From contig CAZKYI010000003.1 of the NCBI GenBank assembly GCA_964557005.1, positions 22,378-86,377 on the forward strand: 64,000 bases of DNA, given 5' to 3'. How positions within the stretch are numbered: position 1 is the first letter of the stretch; each line of letters begins with the position of its first letter. Origin of the DNA: an uncultured Pseudomonadales bacterium (GTDB lineage Bacteria > Pseudomonadota > Gammaproteobacteria > Pseudomonadales > JBECKS01). This document shows, in pieces, positions 46,335 to 57,381 of this stretch. The position numbers and the translations under genes are program-made. The notes under the pieces were generated by a model, which worked only from the letters and a program-made list of their open reading frames with translations, had not been told where the DNA came from and did not search any database.

Positions 46335-47672
46335 ATGAGTAATTCAGGTACAGCATTCGACGAAAAGACCAATCAGGATTTTGAAACCAATATCAAACCG
46401 CTTGGCTTATTGAAGTTCCTTCAATCTGAACGCGGAAAAAAATATTTGAAATATCGCTTTTTTCGCGAACCTTACTGGCTGGGTTATATGTCAATCCTTT
46501 CAGTCACGTTTTATGCGCTGATTGCCGTCGCCTTCTCTTTTTTACCTTACCCTTTTTCCTTGCTGGCGATTCCTGTGATTGTTTTCCTTGCCTATAAACA
46601 AATCAGGGGCATTTATGATTTTGTCAAAAGCTACGTTGATACGCAGGAAGCAAAGCTTCAACAAAATCCTGATCACGTCTATGAAGCCGAACAATACCAA
46701 TCGTATATCATCGGCAGTTTTACCAAGGAGCAGGAACGAAAACGCTCGGAAAATCTTTATTTCGACACACTCGTTTATGTGTATCACTTTCTCTATTTCT
46801 CAACCGCCCTGCTGTGCATGTATGCCGCCTATGTTACGCAGTCATTTATTATCGCTGTCTCATTAGCTGTTCTGTGGGGTTTTCTCACTTCACTGGTCGC
46901 TGAAAGCTGGAGCCATGAATTTATTCATCGCCGTTCGCTGTTTCAACAAATGCTCGGCGGCAGTCTGTGGGCAACTTTTTGTTATGGAACTTTTTTACCT
47001 GAACATACCATGGGACACCATGTTCATGTTTCTACACCCGAAGACCCCTCGTCTGCCCCCAAAGGCATGACACTGTATCAATTCCTGCCAACTGCGATTA
47101 TGAAAAATCCCGTGAACGGATTTAAGCTGGAAGCCAAACGCCTAAGAGACAGAGGCCTGCCCGTGATACACCCCAGAAATCGTTTGTTATGGTTAAGTGC
47201 ATTCTCCGTGCTTTGGGCATGGGCTTCCTACGCCATTGGTGGTGTTTACGGGTTTACTTTCTGGGCAGTGTCCACCGTTGGCAGCATTATCACCATCGAA
47301 CTGGCCAACTACGTGATGCACTATGGTTTAAGTCGCAAGAAATTACCCAATGGTCGCTATGAACGGGTTTCTCCTCTGCATTCATGGAATGTGGAAGGCC
47401 CCTTGCATATGGTGGTTATCAATCTCACCCGCCATTCTGATCACCATGCTTTTCCGCGCAGACCTTATCAAATCCTGAGATATTTCCCCGAAGCACCACA
47501 ATTACCTTTAAGTTATGAACGACTGATTTTTCTGGCGTGGGTGCCCAAATATTTTTTCAAGGTGATGGATCCCAGAGTCGATGAGCACATGGCAAAGCTG
47601 GAAGAATGGCGTAACAATAACATCGATGACTACATGAAAGTGATGGATATTGACGGCAGCCGCGTACAATAG
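46335..47672 (+). CDS. alkB: AlkB-type integral-membrane di-iron alkane/fatty-acid hydroxylase with an N-terminal extension
   Basis: Histidine boxes HEFIHR, EHTMGHHVHV, NYVMHYGL, LTRHSDHHAF match the four AlkB motifs. Confidence 0.7.
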   Translation: MSNSGTAFDEKTNQDFETNIKPLGLLKFLQSERGKKYLKYRFFREPYWLGYMSILSVTFYALIAVAFSFLPYPFSLLAIPVIVFLAYKQIRGIYDFVKSYVDTQEAKLQQNPDHVYEAEQYQSYIIGSFTKEQERKRSENLYFDTLVYVYHFLYFSTALLCMYAAYVTQSFIIAVSLAVLWGFLTSLVAESWSHEFIHRRSLFQQMLGGSLWATFCYGTFLPEHTMGHHVHVSTPEDPSSAPKGMTLYQFLPTAIMKNPVNGFKLEAKRLRDRGLPVIHPRNRLLWLSAFSVLWAWASYAIGGVYGFTFWAVSTVGSIITIELANYVMHYGLSRKKLPNGRYERVSPLHSWNVEGPLHMVVINLTRHSDHHAFPRRPYQILRYFPEAPQLPLSYERLIFLAWVPKYFFKVMDPRVDEHMAKLEEWRNNNIDDYMKVMDIDGSRVQ

Positions 47673-47685
47673 TCAGAAGTCAACG

Positions 47686-49410
47686 CTATTTTGTAATCCA
47701 GCGTAATGCAGTTGTTTTTGCCTGTTTCATGGTACGACAGTAGGTAAGATGTTCAGGAATTTTTTCAATGCCTGCCCGTTTCAACTTGATGATGATACGT
47801 GCAGGTAGCCCTGTAAAAATCAGCGCAATATTCTGCCCCAGTATTTCCTTAATCAAACTGTGCAGTGCCACAATGCCAGTGGCATCCATGCTGGGTACAT
47901 CACTCATATCGACAATCAGCACCTTCACGGTGTTATCTATCGTGTGCATTGAGGAAAGTGCTTTTTCTGCTGCACCAAAAAACAGAGGGCCATTGACATC
48001 ATAAATGGCAACTTCTTCAGGAAGATCAGGATGGCTGTCACGGTGGGTCTGGTGCGTTTCAGTAATATTGGCCATGTGCCGAATAAACAGACCCGCTGCC
48101 AATGCCATGCCGACGGCAACGGCAATCACCATGTCAAAAATAACCGTCAGGAAAAAGCAGGTAACCAGCACGGCAACATCTCCTGCAGGTGCTGACTTGA
48201 GCGTGCGTACAAACAAACGTGCTTCACTCATGTTCCATGCAACAATAAACAATAATGCCGCCAGTGATGCCATAGGCACCATGCCCAAAAGCTCGGCAAG
48301 GCCAATCACTGCAACTAACACAACCAGCGCATGGACAAGCGCTGCCACAGGTGAGCGTGCGCCACTGCGAATACTGGTGGCGGTTCTGGCAAGCGCGGCG
48401 GTTGCGGTAATGCCCCCCAGAAAAGGTGCGATAACATTGCCAAGTCCCTGCCCAATCAGTTCGGCATTGGGGTTGTGTTTGGTGTGGGTCATGCCATCTG
48501 CAATAACCGCACATAACAGGGACTCAATCGCACCGAGCATGGCAATGGCAAATGCAGCACCGAGAAGCGATTGTATCAGCGTAAAATCAATATGAAGCGG
48601 TTCACCGTTGGCACCAGGCAAATGCCAGGGGAGAAAAAATTCTGGTGGCAGTGGTGGAATACCAACGCCACTTTGTCCTTTGGTTTCCCAAACAAATCGT
48701 GATGCGATGGTGGCCACTTCGGGAATCGTGTCGGGTGCCATGCCATGCAGCCAGTGATTGATAATCCATGTAATGATAGCTCCGGCAATCAAACCTACCA
48801 GCGGCGCAGGTATCGGTAATTTCAGGCGTGGCCACCACAATAGAATCGCCAGCGTAAACAAGCCAACCGCAAATTCGACAACACGGATATCTGGCAACGA
48901 CACAATAATTTTTCCGATATTTTCGACGAAATGCTGGCTCGGTTTACCAATATCGAGACCCAAAAAATCGGGAATTTGTAACACCGCAATCACAACGGCA
49001 ATTCCGGCAGTGAAACCCAGCACCACCGGATGAGGAATGTAGCGTATCAGTACACCCATACGACTGATGCCAAGTGCTATCAGAATCAACCCCGCCATGA
49101 TGGTCGCAATCAGCAAGCCGCCCAGACCGTGTTGTTGCACAATGGGAAAAAGAATCACCACAAACGCAGCTGTAGGGCCGGAAATATTGAATCGTGAACC
49201 GCCAGTGAGGGCAATTACCGCACCGGCAATAATCGCGGTATACAGACCATGCTGGGGAGGAACACCCGTTGCAATGGCGAGCGCCATCGCCAAAGGTACT
49301 GCTACAATACCTACTGTCAGCCCCGCCAGAATATCCTGACGTAAATCGTGAATACCATAACCAGACCGTAATGCGGAAATCATTCCAGTGGAAATATCAG
49401 GAAATTTCAT
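47686..49410 (-). CDS. SulP family anion transporter with a C-terminal STAS domain
   Basis: The multi-TM core has a typical SulP N-terminus (LRQDILAGLTVGIVAVPLAMA). The STAS domain is at the C-terminus (VLIVDMSDVPSMDATGIVAL). Confidence 0.85.
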   Translation of the reverse strand: MKFPDISTGMISALRSGYGIHDLRQDILAGLTVGIVAVPLAMALAIATGVPPQHGLYTAIIAGAVIALTGGSRFNISGPTAAFVVILFPIVQQHGLGGLLIATIMAGLILIALGISRMGVLIRYIPHPVVLGFTAGIAVVIAVLQIPDFLGLDIGKPSQHFVENIGKIIVSLPDIRVVEFAVGLFTLAILLWWPRLKLPIPAPLVGLIAGAIITWIINHWLHGMAPDTIPEVATIASRFVWETKGQSGVGIPPLPPEFFLPWHLPGANGEPLHIDFTLIQSLLGAAFAIAMLGAIESLLCAVIADGMTHTKHNPNAELIGQGLGNVIAPFLGGITATAALARTATSIRSGARSPVAALVHALVVLVAVIGLAELLGMVPMASLAALLFIVAWNMSEARLFVRTLKSAPAGDVAVLVTCFFLTVIFDMVIAVAVGMALAAGLFIRHMANITETHQTHRDSHPDLPEEVAIYDVNGPLFFGAAEKALSSMHTIDNTVKVLIVDMSDVPSMDATGIVALHSLIKEILGQNIALIFTGLPARIIIKLKRAGIEKIPEHLTYCRTMKQAKTTALRWITK

Positions 49411-49528
49411 TACTTGCTCGCTGCATCAAAATAAAACAAAAAGGGAACTTTACTGCCAATAGTCGCTCTGTATCGGTTTAGTTGTCATAATATGGCAATT
49501 ATATGCTGAACAAGGTCACAAACACGCT

Positions 49529-50935
49529 ATGAAAAGATGGTTCCCGCTTATCAGTTTGCTGGCTGTCATCTTTGGCGGTTGTGCTGCACACAAAATTGAT
49601 CGCGATGCAGCCCCTTCTGTGAGTGCGCCTGACAGTTATTCACCCGCTTCGTCACCCGATAGCCTCGATAACAATGGCGAAACGGGAACCCTGTGGTGGT
49701 ACAGTTTTGAGCGCCCTACGCTCACAAGCCTGATTGAACAAAGCCTGCAAGACAATCTTGATATTGCGCAGGCAATGGCGCGCATCGAGCAGTCACAAGC
49801 CTTCCGCCGTACTGCGGCTTCCGGTTTATATCCACAGCTTTCTCTGGAAGCACGCGCCAGTGAAAGTCGCCGAGGCAGCAGCAAAACTTCTTCCGAGGAA
49901 ACAGGCGCTGTGTTGAGCTGGGAAATCGATGTATTTAAACGCATTGCATCCTCTGCCAAAGGCGAACAACTGCGAACGCTTGCGCGCGTGGAAGATTTGA
50001 ATGCACTCAAGCTGAGCCTGAGTGCCGAATTGGCGAATGCCTATTTTGGTGCGGTAGCAGCACACCAGAATCTGCAACTGCTCAATGAACAGTTACAAAT
50101 GGATAACAATTTGCTCAGCTTGACCAAGCTGCGTTTGCAAACGGGTGTGGGCACACAGGTGGAAGTGTTGCAACAGGCAAGCAGGGTGGCCGAGAGTGAA
50201 AGCCTGATACCAATTGCCGAATCACGACTGCGCGTTTTTGAAAACCGTATTGATATTTTGTCAGGTATTTCACCTGATGGCATTGATCGCGTTGATGATT
50301 CAGATTCATTGAATTTTGCAAGCCAACTGCCACGCATTGGCGTGCCTGCGGATTTGTTATTGAGACGCCCTGACCTGCGTGCTGCACAGGCAGAACTGAT
50401 TGCTGCTGATGCCGATATTGCTGCGGCGATTGCCGAGCGTTTACCACGCCTCACACTGGAAGGCCGCTATTTTGATGATAACCATGCTTCATCTGATCCA
50501 CTTGGCATCATCAGCGCAAGCTTCATACAGCCCTTGCTGGATTGGGGTTACCGCAGAGCGATGGTAAAACGTAACAAAGCGGTTTACCGTGAAAAACTCG
50601 CCGCTTTCAGCCAGCGTTTTCTCATAGCGGTTGAAGAAGTTGAAAATACCCTCTATCAGGAACACAAACAACGCGAGTATGTTGTACTGCTTGAAGCGCG
50701 TCGCCAGATTTTACAAAACACCGTTGAAGAAACTGAAGCGCTCTATACGCAAGGCGTGAGTGATTATCTGCCTGTATTAAGTGCCTTGCAGGAACTGCGC
50801 GATATTGAGCGTGATTTGGTCAGCGAACAGTTAAGGTTAATCAGTTTACGCATTCAACTCCACCGTGCACTCGGCGGTGCTGTTTATCAGCCAGCCAGTC
50901 CCGATAACCATTCACTTAATCAGGAACAATCATAA
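49529..50935 (+). CDS. Efflux outer-membrane factor lipoprotein (NodT/OprM family)
   Basis: Lipobox IFGGC, a duplicated TolC-like repeat structure, RPDLRAAQ motif. Confidence 0.8.
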   Translation: MKRWFPLISLLAVIFGGCAAHKIDRDAAPSVSAPDSYSPASSPDSLDNNGETGTLWWYSFERPTLTSLIEQSLQDNLDIAQAMARIEQSQAFRRTAASGLYPQLSLEARASESRRGSSKTSSEETGAVLSWEIDVFKRIASSAKGEQLRTLARVEDLNALKLSLSAELANAYFGAVAAHQNLQLLNEQLQMDNNLLSLTKLRLQTGVGTQVEVLQQASRVAESESLIPIAESRLRVFENRIDILSGISPDGIDRVDDSDSLNFASQLPRIGVPADLLLRRPDLRAAQAELIAADADIAAAIAERLPRLTLEGRYFDDNHASSDPLGIISASFIQPLLDWGYRRAMVKRNKAVYREKLAAFSQRFLIAVEEVENTLYQEHKQREYVVLLEARRQILQNTVEETEALYTQGVSDYLPVLSALQELRDIERDLVSEQLRLISLRIQLHRALGGAVYQPASPDNHSLNQEQS

Positions 50936-50938
50936 ACC

Positions 50939-51955
50939 ATGAAACTGCATGTTTTTTTTGTTGCGCTGCTGCTGTTGCCGCTACTTGCCCAGGCAGACAC
51001 CCCCGTTTTTGTTACCAAGGTACAACAAAGCGCATTTGTCGATGAAATCGAAGCGCTAGGCACACTGCGCGCCAATGAACAGGTTAATTTGAGCGCTACG
51101 GTGACTGAACGCATCAGTGCCATTCATTTCGACAGCGGGCAGCGTGTTAAAAAAGGCACACTGTTGCTGGAAATGAACACTGCTGAACAAGTTGCCTTGT
51201 TGAATCAGGAAAAGTCAGTGCTCGGTGAAGCACAGCGGCAAATTGAACGCCTGCAACCGTTAATGGAACGTGGTGCAGCGTCACAAGCTGCAATGGATAC
51301 CGCTGTGCTGAATCTGGAAACATCCAGAGCACGAATCGCTGCGATTGAATCACGCATTCAGGAACGCCGTATTGTTGCGCCCTTTGACGGCAAACTCGGC
51401 TTGCGTAACATCAGCATCGGCACGATGGCTCAGCCGGGCACGATGATTAGCACGATCGATGATGACCGTATTATGAAACTGGATTTTGCCATTCCAGAAT
51501 TGTACCTCACCAGCATCAGTGAAGGCGGCAACATCCGTGCAGAAACGCGCACTTTTCCAGATCGCAGTTTTATCGGCACCGTTGCCAGCATTGACAGTCG
51601 TGTTGATCCTGTCACACGCGCTGTTACGGTTCGCGCCCTGCTCAATAACGAAGACCATCAGTTGCGTCCAGGCATGTTGATGATTGTGCGACTGGAACGT
51701 AACCCGCGACAGGCATTATTGATTCCTGAGGAAAGTATTGTACCCAGAGGCAATAAAAATTTTGTGTTTGTAGTTAACAATAACGAAAAGCCGACTGTTA
51801 CGCTCACCGAAGTCACGCTTGGTTCACGACGCAAGGGAGAAGTGGAAATCGTCGCAGGGCTTGAAGCGGGCATGCAGGTAGTGACACATGGCACCTTGCG
51901 TTTGCAAAACGGTTCAGCCGTGCTCATCAAATCCAATATAGAAGGCACGCCATGA
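50939..51955 (+). CDS. Efflux RND periplasmic adaptor (membrane fusion protein)
   Basis: It has a signal sequence, coiled-coil hairpin region, and APFDGKLGLRNISIG barrel motif. It overlaps the RND gene by 4 nt. Confidence 0.8.
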   Translation: MKLHVFFVALLLLPLLAQADTPVFVTKVQQSAFVDEIEALGTLRANEQVNLSATVTERISAIHFDSGQRVKKGTLLLEMNTAEQVALLNQEKSVLGEAQRQIERLQPLMERGAASQAAMDTAVLNLETSRARIAAIESRIQERRIVAPFDGKLGLRNISIGTMAQPGTMISTIDDDRIMKLDFAIPELYLTSISEGGNIRAETRTFPDRSFIGTVASIDSRVDPVTRAVTVRALLNNEDHQLRPGMLMIVRLERNPRQALLIPEESIVPRGNKNFVFVVNNNEKPTVTLTEVTLGSRRKGEVEIVAGLEAGMQVVTHGTLRLQNGSAVLIKSNIEGTP

Positions 51956-54900
51956 TTCTTTCCGATATTTCGGTCAAGCGTCCGGTTTTTGCCAGCGTAC
52001 TGTCGCTGTTGCTCATCGCCTTTGGTTTGGTGTCGTGGCAGCGCCTGTCACTCAGGGAATATCCCGATATTGATCCACCCATCATCACAGTTGAAGTGAA
52101 TTATCCGGGTGCACCCGCCAACATTATTGAAACGCGTATTACGCGCATTGTTGAAGAGCGGATTGCGGGAATCGAAGGCATTGAGTTCATAGAATCCGCT
52201 TCAACCGATGGCCGCTCTACCGTCACCATTCGTTTCTCCATCGATCGTGATATTGATTCTGCCGCCAATGATGTGCGTGATCGTATTTCAGTCATCTCCA
52301 GAGATTTGCCGCTTGAAGCAGAACCCGCCTCGGTACAAAAAACAGACAGCAATGAGGACGTGATTATCTGGCAAAACCTTGCCAGTGAAACCATGAGCGT
52401 GCCGGAACTGAGTGATTACGCCAGACGTTATCTGGTGGATCAGTATTCCACGCTCGATGGTGTTGCGCGTGTGCGTGTCGGTGGTGCACAGGAATATGCC
52501 ATGCGTATCTGGCTCGACAGACAGGCATTGGCGGCGCGCAATTTGAGCGTTCCCGATATTGAAGCGGCACTGCGTGCAGAAAATATTGAACTGCCTGCGG
52601 GTTCTGTTGAGTCGAGTACACGGGTGTTCAAGGCGCGTATCGATCGCAAATTCAAACAACCTGAGGATTTCAAATCGCTGGTGGTTGGTGAAGGCGATGA
52701 TGGCTATCTGATACGTCTTGGCGATGTCGCACGTGTGGAACTGGGACTGGTAGAAAATCGGCTGATGTTTCGCGGCAATCAGGTTCCGATGGTGGGCATT
52801 GGTATCATCAAACAATCCACGGCCAACACCATCGACGTTGCCAAGGCCACCGTTGCGCTGACCGAACGCCTTAACAAAAATTTGCCGTCGGGCACCAGTA
52901 TTCACCAGAGCTACAACTCGGCCATCTTTATTGAAGCTTCCATTCGTGAAGTATTCAGTACCCTGCTGATTGCGGTTATTTGTGTGGTACTGGTGATTTA
53001 TCTGTTCCTCGGCAATGTACGCGCCATGTTGATTCCGGCAGTGACCGTGCCTGTTTCGCTCATTTCCACTTTTATTGTGATGTCTGCCTTCGGATTTTCG
53101 ATCAACCTGATTACGCTGCTGGCACTGGTGCTGGCGATTGGTCTGGTGATCGATGATGCCATTGTCATGCTTGAAAATATTGTTAGACGTATTCACGAAT
53201 ACGGTGAAACACCGCTGGTTGCCTCCTACCGAGGTGCACGCGAAGTGAGTTTCGCCATTATTGCCACCACACTGGTATTGATAGCAGTATTTGTGCCCAT
53301 CACTTTTCTTGAAGGTGACATTGGTCGCCTGTTCACCGAATTCTCAATCACCATTGCCGCTGCGGTGAGTTTTTCCTCACTGGTGGCGCTGACACTGTGC
53401 CCGATGCTTGCGTCAAAATTGTTGCAGAATCAAACGCAAACCATGAATCCCATCGTGCAGCCTTTTGACACGCGCCTGAAACAGGCACGCAAACTGTATT
53501 TGTCCTGGCTGGTGAAAATGTTAAAAATTCCAAAAAAGGTTTTTATTGCCTTTCTGGCCATGCTTGCACTGGTTGCGCTGATGTACAAATTATTGCCTTC
53601 CGAATTTGTGCCACAGGAAGATAGAGGCACTTTTTTTGTGATGGTGAACGGGCCTGAAGGTTCCAGTTATGAATACATGGAAGCCTACATGAATGAAATT
53701 GAAAAACGCCTGATGCGTTATGTAGACAGTGGTGAAGCGAGTCGGTTGATGGTGCGTGCGCCGCGTGGTTTCGGGCGAGTCGAATCTTTCAACAGTGGCT
53801 TTGTGATTGTGATTCTCAACGACTGGTCGCAGCGACGTTCCGCGTTTACGATTATGGATGAAATTCGTAAGGATTTTTCCGATTTACCCGGTGTTCGTGC
53901 ATTCCCCATGATGCGACAAGGGCTTGGCGGCGGTGCCAGAAAACCTGTGCAGTTTGTATTAAGCGGTTCCACGTATGAGGAACTGGCCGAATGGCGCGAC
54001 ATGCTGGTTGAAAAAATCAATCAGGATAATCCTGGTATTACCGGACTGGACAGCGATTACAAGGAAACACGTCCACAAATAGATTTTGTGGTGGATTATG
54101 ATCGCGCAGCCGATCTGGGTGTGCGCATTGGCGACATTGGCAGCACCCTGCAAACCATGATGGGCGGCAAAAATGTCACTGCTTTTTTGAGCGATGGCGA
54201 GGAATACGATGTAATTGTGGAAGGTGAGCGCAACGAACAGCGTTCCTTTAATGATGTGTCTAACATTTATGTACGCTCCGACCGCAGCAAGCAGCTTATT
54301 CCCATTTCCAATCTGGTAGAAATTCGCGAATACGGCAGCGCTCAAACACTGTCGCGCTTCAATCGTAACCGCTCCATCACACTGGATGCCAATCTTGCAC
54401 GGGGCTTCACGCTTGGGCAGGCACTTGCGCATCTGGAAAATGTGGTGCGTACCCATTTGCCACCAGAAGTGATTATCGACTACAAAGGCCAAAGCCGTGA
54501 TTTCATCAATTCGGGCGGCTCCATCATGTTTGTATTTTTACTCGGTTTGGTAGTGGTTTTTCTGGTGCTGGCCGCGCAGTTTGAAAGCTGGGTACACCCT
54601 GTTGTTATTATGTCTACCGTTCCACTTGCCATTGGTGGCGGCTTGCTCGGTTTGCTTATCAGTGGCGGCTCACTCAACATCTATTCACAAATCGGGCTGA
54701 TTATGCTGGTGGGCTTGGCAGCCAAAAACGGTATTCTAATTGTGGAATTTGCCAATCAGTTACGCGACAGGGGCATGAGTTTCAATCGCGCGCTGATGGA
54801 AGCCTCTGAAAAACGCTTTCGCCCGATTCTGATGACAGGACTGACCACCGTAGCCGGTGCACTGCCGCTGGTGTTTGCATCGGGTGCCGGTTCCGAAACA

Positions 54901-55053
54901 CGCATTACCATTGGCGTAGTGGTGTTAATGGGCGTGCTGCTGGCCACCCTGTTTACCATTTTCATGGTGCCTGCTGCTTACAGTTTGATTGCGCGAGGCA
55001 CGGGTTCACCAAGTGAAATGGCAAGGCAACTGGAACGTGAGCAGCAGGAGTAA
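51952..55053 (+). CDS. RND efflux permease (AcrB/HAE1-like)
   Basis: 1033 aa with 12-TM duplicated architecture, N-terminus SDISVKRPVFASVLSLLL, and VIDDAIVMLENI. Confidence 0.9.
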   Translation: MILSDISVKRPVFASVLSLLLIAFGLVSWQRLSLREYPDIDPPIITVEVNYPGAPANIIETRITRIVEERIAGIEGIEFIESASTDGRSTVTIRFSIDRDIDSAANDVRDRISVISRDLPLEAEPASVQKTDSNEDVIIWQNLASETMSVPELSDYARRYLVDQYSTLDGVARVRVGGAQEYAMRIWLDRQALAARNLSVPDIEAALRAENIELPAGSVESSTRVFKARIDRKFKQPEDFKSLVVGEGDDGYLIRLGDVARVELGLVENRLMFRGNQVPMVGIGIIKQSTANTIDVAKATVALTERLNKNLPSGTSIHQSYNSAIFIEASIREVFSTLLIAVICVVLVIYLFLGNVRAMLIPAVTVPVSLISTFIVMSAFGFSINLITLLALVLAIGLVIDDAIVMLENIVRRIHEYGETPLVASYRGAREVSFAIIATTLVLIAVFVPITFLEGDIGRLFTEFSITIAAAVSFSSLVALTLCPMLASKLLQNQTQTMNPIVQPFDTRLKQARKLYLSWLVKMLKIPKKVFIAFLAMLALVALMYKLLPSEFVPQEDRGTFFVMVNGPEGSSYEYMEAYMNEIEKRLMRYVDSGEASRLMVRAPRGFGRVESFNSGFVIVILNDWSQRRSAFTIMDEIRKDFSDLPGVRAFPMMRQGLGGGARKPVQFVLSGSTYEELAEWRDMLVEKINQDNPGITGLDSDYKETRPQIDFVVDYDRAADLGVRIGDIGSTLQTMMGGKNVTAFLSDGEEYDVIVEGERNEQRSFNDVSNIYVRSDRSKQLIPISNLVEIREYGSAQTLSRFNRNRSITLDANLARGFTLGQALAHLENVVRTHLPPEVIIDYKGQSRDFINSGGSIMFVFLLGLVVVFLVLAAQFESWVHPVVIMSTVPLAIGGGLLGLLISGGSLNIYSQIGLIMLVGLAAKNGILIVEFANQLRDRGMSFNRALMEASEKRFRPILMTGLTTVAGALPLVFASGAGSETRITIGVVVLMGVLLATLFTIFMVPAAYSLIARGTGSPSEMARQLEREQQE

Positions 55054-55063
55054 TCACAGTCCA

Positions 55064-55990
55064 TCAAAAAGCAAGCCCTGTTAATTGCTCGGATACTTCC
55101 CATAATTGCTTTGCGACATTTTTATCACGGGAGTAGCGCGTGGACTGCACCCGTTTTGGATAACCGCGTACTTCACCAGGACCTGACGGGCCATAATAAT
55201 CGCCACCTTTCACATCACTGCCTGTCGCTGCATACAGTTGTGGCAAAGCGCCCATCGCAGGCGTATTGGTAATCAGGGCGAAAGCGGGTTTAACCCAGCT
55301 AAAGTATTTCAAACGCGCTTCAATATGCCTGCCAAGTTCAGTGAGTGCAGCGCCCGGGTGTGCCACCACCGCAATCGCGTTAATGCCCTGCTGTTCAAAT
55401 TTTCTTTGCAGTTCATAAGTAAATAACAGATTGCTCAACTTGGAACGCTTGTACGCCTTCATAGGAGTATATTTGCTTTCGTTCTCAAAATTGAGATTGT
55501 CGAAATCCAGTTTGCAACGCAAATGTGCCAGGCTGCTGACATTCACCACTCTCGCATAAGGTGTCTTTTTAATCAGCGGCATCAGTTGCAGGGTGAGTGC
55601 AAAATGGCCAAAGTGATTGGTGCCTATTTGCCCTTCAAAACCGTCTTTGGTTCTGAAAAATGGCGTGGTCATAATCCCTGCGTTATTTAACAGGATGTCG
55701 AGGTGTGAATAATTTTTCAGAAACTGTTCAGAGAAACTTTTTATGCTGGCCAGATCGGATACATCCAGTTGCATCACTTTAACGTGTGCTGTCGCGTGGC
55801 TTTTCAGAATACTTTGTCTGGCCTGCTCACCTTTTTCAACATCTCTACACGCCATAATCACTTCAGCATCACGGGCAGCCAAAGCCTTGGCCGATTCAAA
55901 TCCAAGGCCGCAGTTAGCCCCTGTAATCAAAACTATTTTGCCGTGTTGATCTTTAATGTCTTTTGCTTTCCACTTTGTTTTTTCAACCAT
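55064..55990 (-). CDS. SDR family oxidoreductase (retinol dehydrogenase-like)
   Basis: ITGANCGLGFE cofactor motif, NNAG, YKRSK catalytic motif. The ATG at 55990 has a GGAG Shine-Dalgarno. Confidence 0.8.
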   Translation of the reverse strand: MVEKTKWKAKDIKDQHGKIVLITGANCGLGFESAKALAARDAEVIMACRDVEKGEQARQSILKSHATAHVKVMQLDVSDLASIKSFSEQFLKNYSHLDILLNNAGIMTTPFFRTKDGFEGQIGTNHFGHFALTLQLMPLIKKTPYARVVNVSSLAHLRCKLDFDNLNFENESKYTPMKAYKRSKLSNLLFTYELQRKFEQQGINAIAVVAHPGAALTELGRHIEARLKYFSWVKPAFALITNTPAMGALPQLYAATGSDVKGGDYYGPSGPGEVRGYPKRVQSTRYSRDKNVAKQLWEVSEQLTGLAF

Positions 55991-56017
55991 GATGTTTCTC
56001 CGTTTGTTTTTTTCCAA

Positions 56018-57223
56018 TTAAACCGCTACACAATTTCGACCTTTTTCCTTGGCTCTGTACAGCGCCTTGTCTGCTCCTTTAATCACTTGTTCAGGCGTTT
56101 TCAAATCACCACCTTTACTGGCAAGCCCGATACTGATGGTACAACTGAGTGTTTGCGCATGACCTGATTGCTTTTTCCCGTGTTTCGGTTTCTCGCTCGG
56201 TCTGTCTTTTGCGCGCACCACCAAAGGATAACCTTCAATCGATTCGCGCAGATTTTCAAGATGCGCTATCACCTCATCGATACTTTTACGCGGGAACACC
56301 ACCGTAAATTCTTCACCGCCATAACGAAAAGGTGTACCGCCACCTTTTACGCGCGCAATTTTACTGGCGACCAGTTTCAGCATTTGATCACCAACATCAT
56401 GTCCGTGGTTATCATTGAATTTCTTGAAATGGTCAATATCCATCATGGCAATGGTGTACTTTCTACCAAGGCCGGTGAGAAATTGATTAAGTGCACGACG
56501 TGAGCGCAACCCTGTGAGTTCATCGCGATAGGCCATCTGGTGGGAATCAAAAATAATCGCAATAAAGGCGATGATGCCTGCACTCACACTCAGCGCAATC
56601 ACCAGCGCTTGCGGTACCGCCTGACTCAAAAAAGCAAACAGCATCAATACCCACGCCAGCATCGCAGCAGAAATGGGGCTGGTATCGAGCATGATTTTGA
56701 TGCTCACAGATAACAAGGCAAACCCTGCGACAATCGCCAGCGTGAAAGAAAAGTTCATCCACTCAGGCGGCACGCCCAGCCAACTGCCATAGAAAAAATC
56801 TTCTGCCCACAAAAAACGAAAACTCAACACGTACCAGCTCAACAGGTATTCAATGCCCAAACCTGCCAGCTTCACCAAAGTGTGTGAAGACAACACACTG
56901 CGTTCAGGCAACCACACCAGCACACCCAGATTGAGCAAAGCCCAGAACAGCAATACAAATTCATACAGCCGAATCACTGAAAATTCAGTCGCATGTAACA
57001 AGGCATACACCAGAAAAAGATTGAGCAACGCGAATAACACGCGGCTTTGATTAAATTGCACGGCAAGCAAGGCGCTGATGCCAAACAGCAAATAGGGTAG
57101 ATAAGCCAGAAGAAACAGCGCGTTGTCAGGCACACGGGCAAACACATCATTCAACCAGAAGCCCGCTACCAACAATACGGTGGGCGCAAATAACTGGCGT
57201 ATGAAATTCAGACTAAGCGGCAT
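56018..57223 (-). CDS. Diguanylate cyclase (GGDEF) with a multi-TM N-terminal sensor
   Basis: DELTGLRSRRAL, DIDHFKKFNDNHGHDVGD, RYGGEEF active site. The ATG at 57223 is followed directly by TM helices. Confidence 0.8.
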   Translation of the reverse strand: MPLSLNFIRQLFAPTVLLVAGFWLNDVFARVPDNALFLLAYLPYLLFGISALLAVQFNQSRVLFALLNLFLVYALLHATEFSVIRLYEFVLLFWALLNLGVLVWLPERSVLSSHTLVKLAGLGIEYLLSWYVLSFRFLWAEDFFYGSWLGVPPEWMNFSFTLAIVAGFALLSVSIKIMLDTSPISAAMLAWVLMLFAFLSQAVPQALVIALSVSAGIIAFIAIIFDSHQMAYRDELTGLRSRRALNQFLTGLGRKYTIAMMDIDHFKKFNDNHGHDVGDQMLKLVASKIARVKGGGTPFRYGGEEFTVVFPRKSIDEVIAHLENLRESIEGYPLVVRAKDRPSEKPKHGKKQSGHAQTLSCTISIGLASKGGDLKTPEQVIKGADKALYRAKEKGRNCVAV

Positions 57224-57381
57224 GGTGTGTCCATAAATACAGGCTTGCGCGACCTTGATAAAGCAGCTAGCTTTCCAAACCTCACGCACAAAAACAAGCC
57301 GTTTCCCCTTTTTGGACGATGGCAAATTTATCTGGTGCTCTAGTATCACGCTCTGGCTTATTCAACTCATGAGATACCCCT

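Noticed and set aside
52288-53196. 302-aa ORF antisense to the RND pump gene
   Set aside because: The His/Asn/Gln-rich nonsense translation is opposite a strongly supported 1033-aa AcrB-family CDS.
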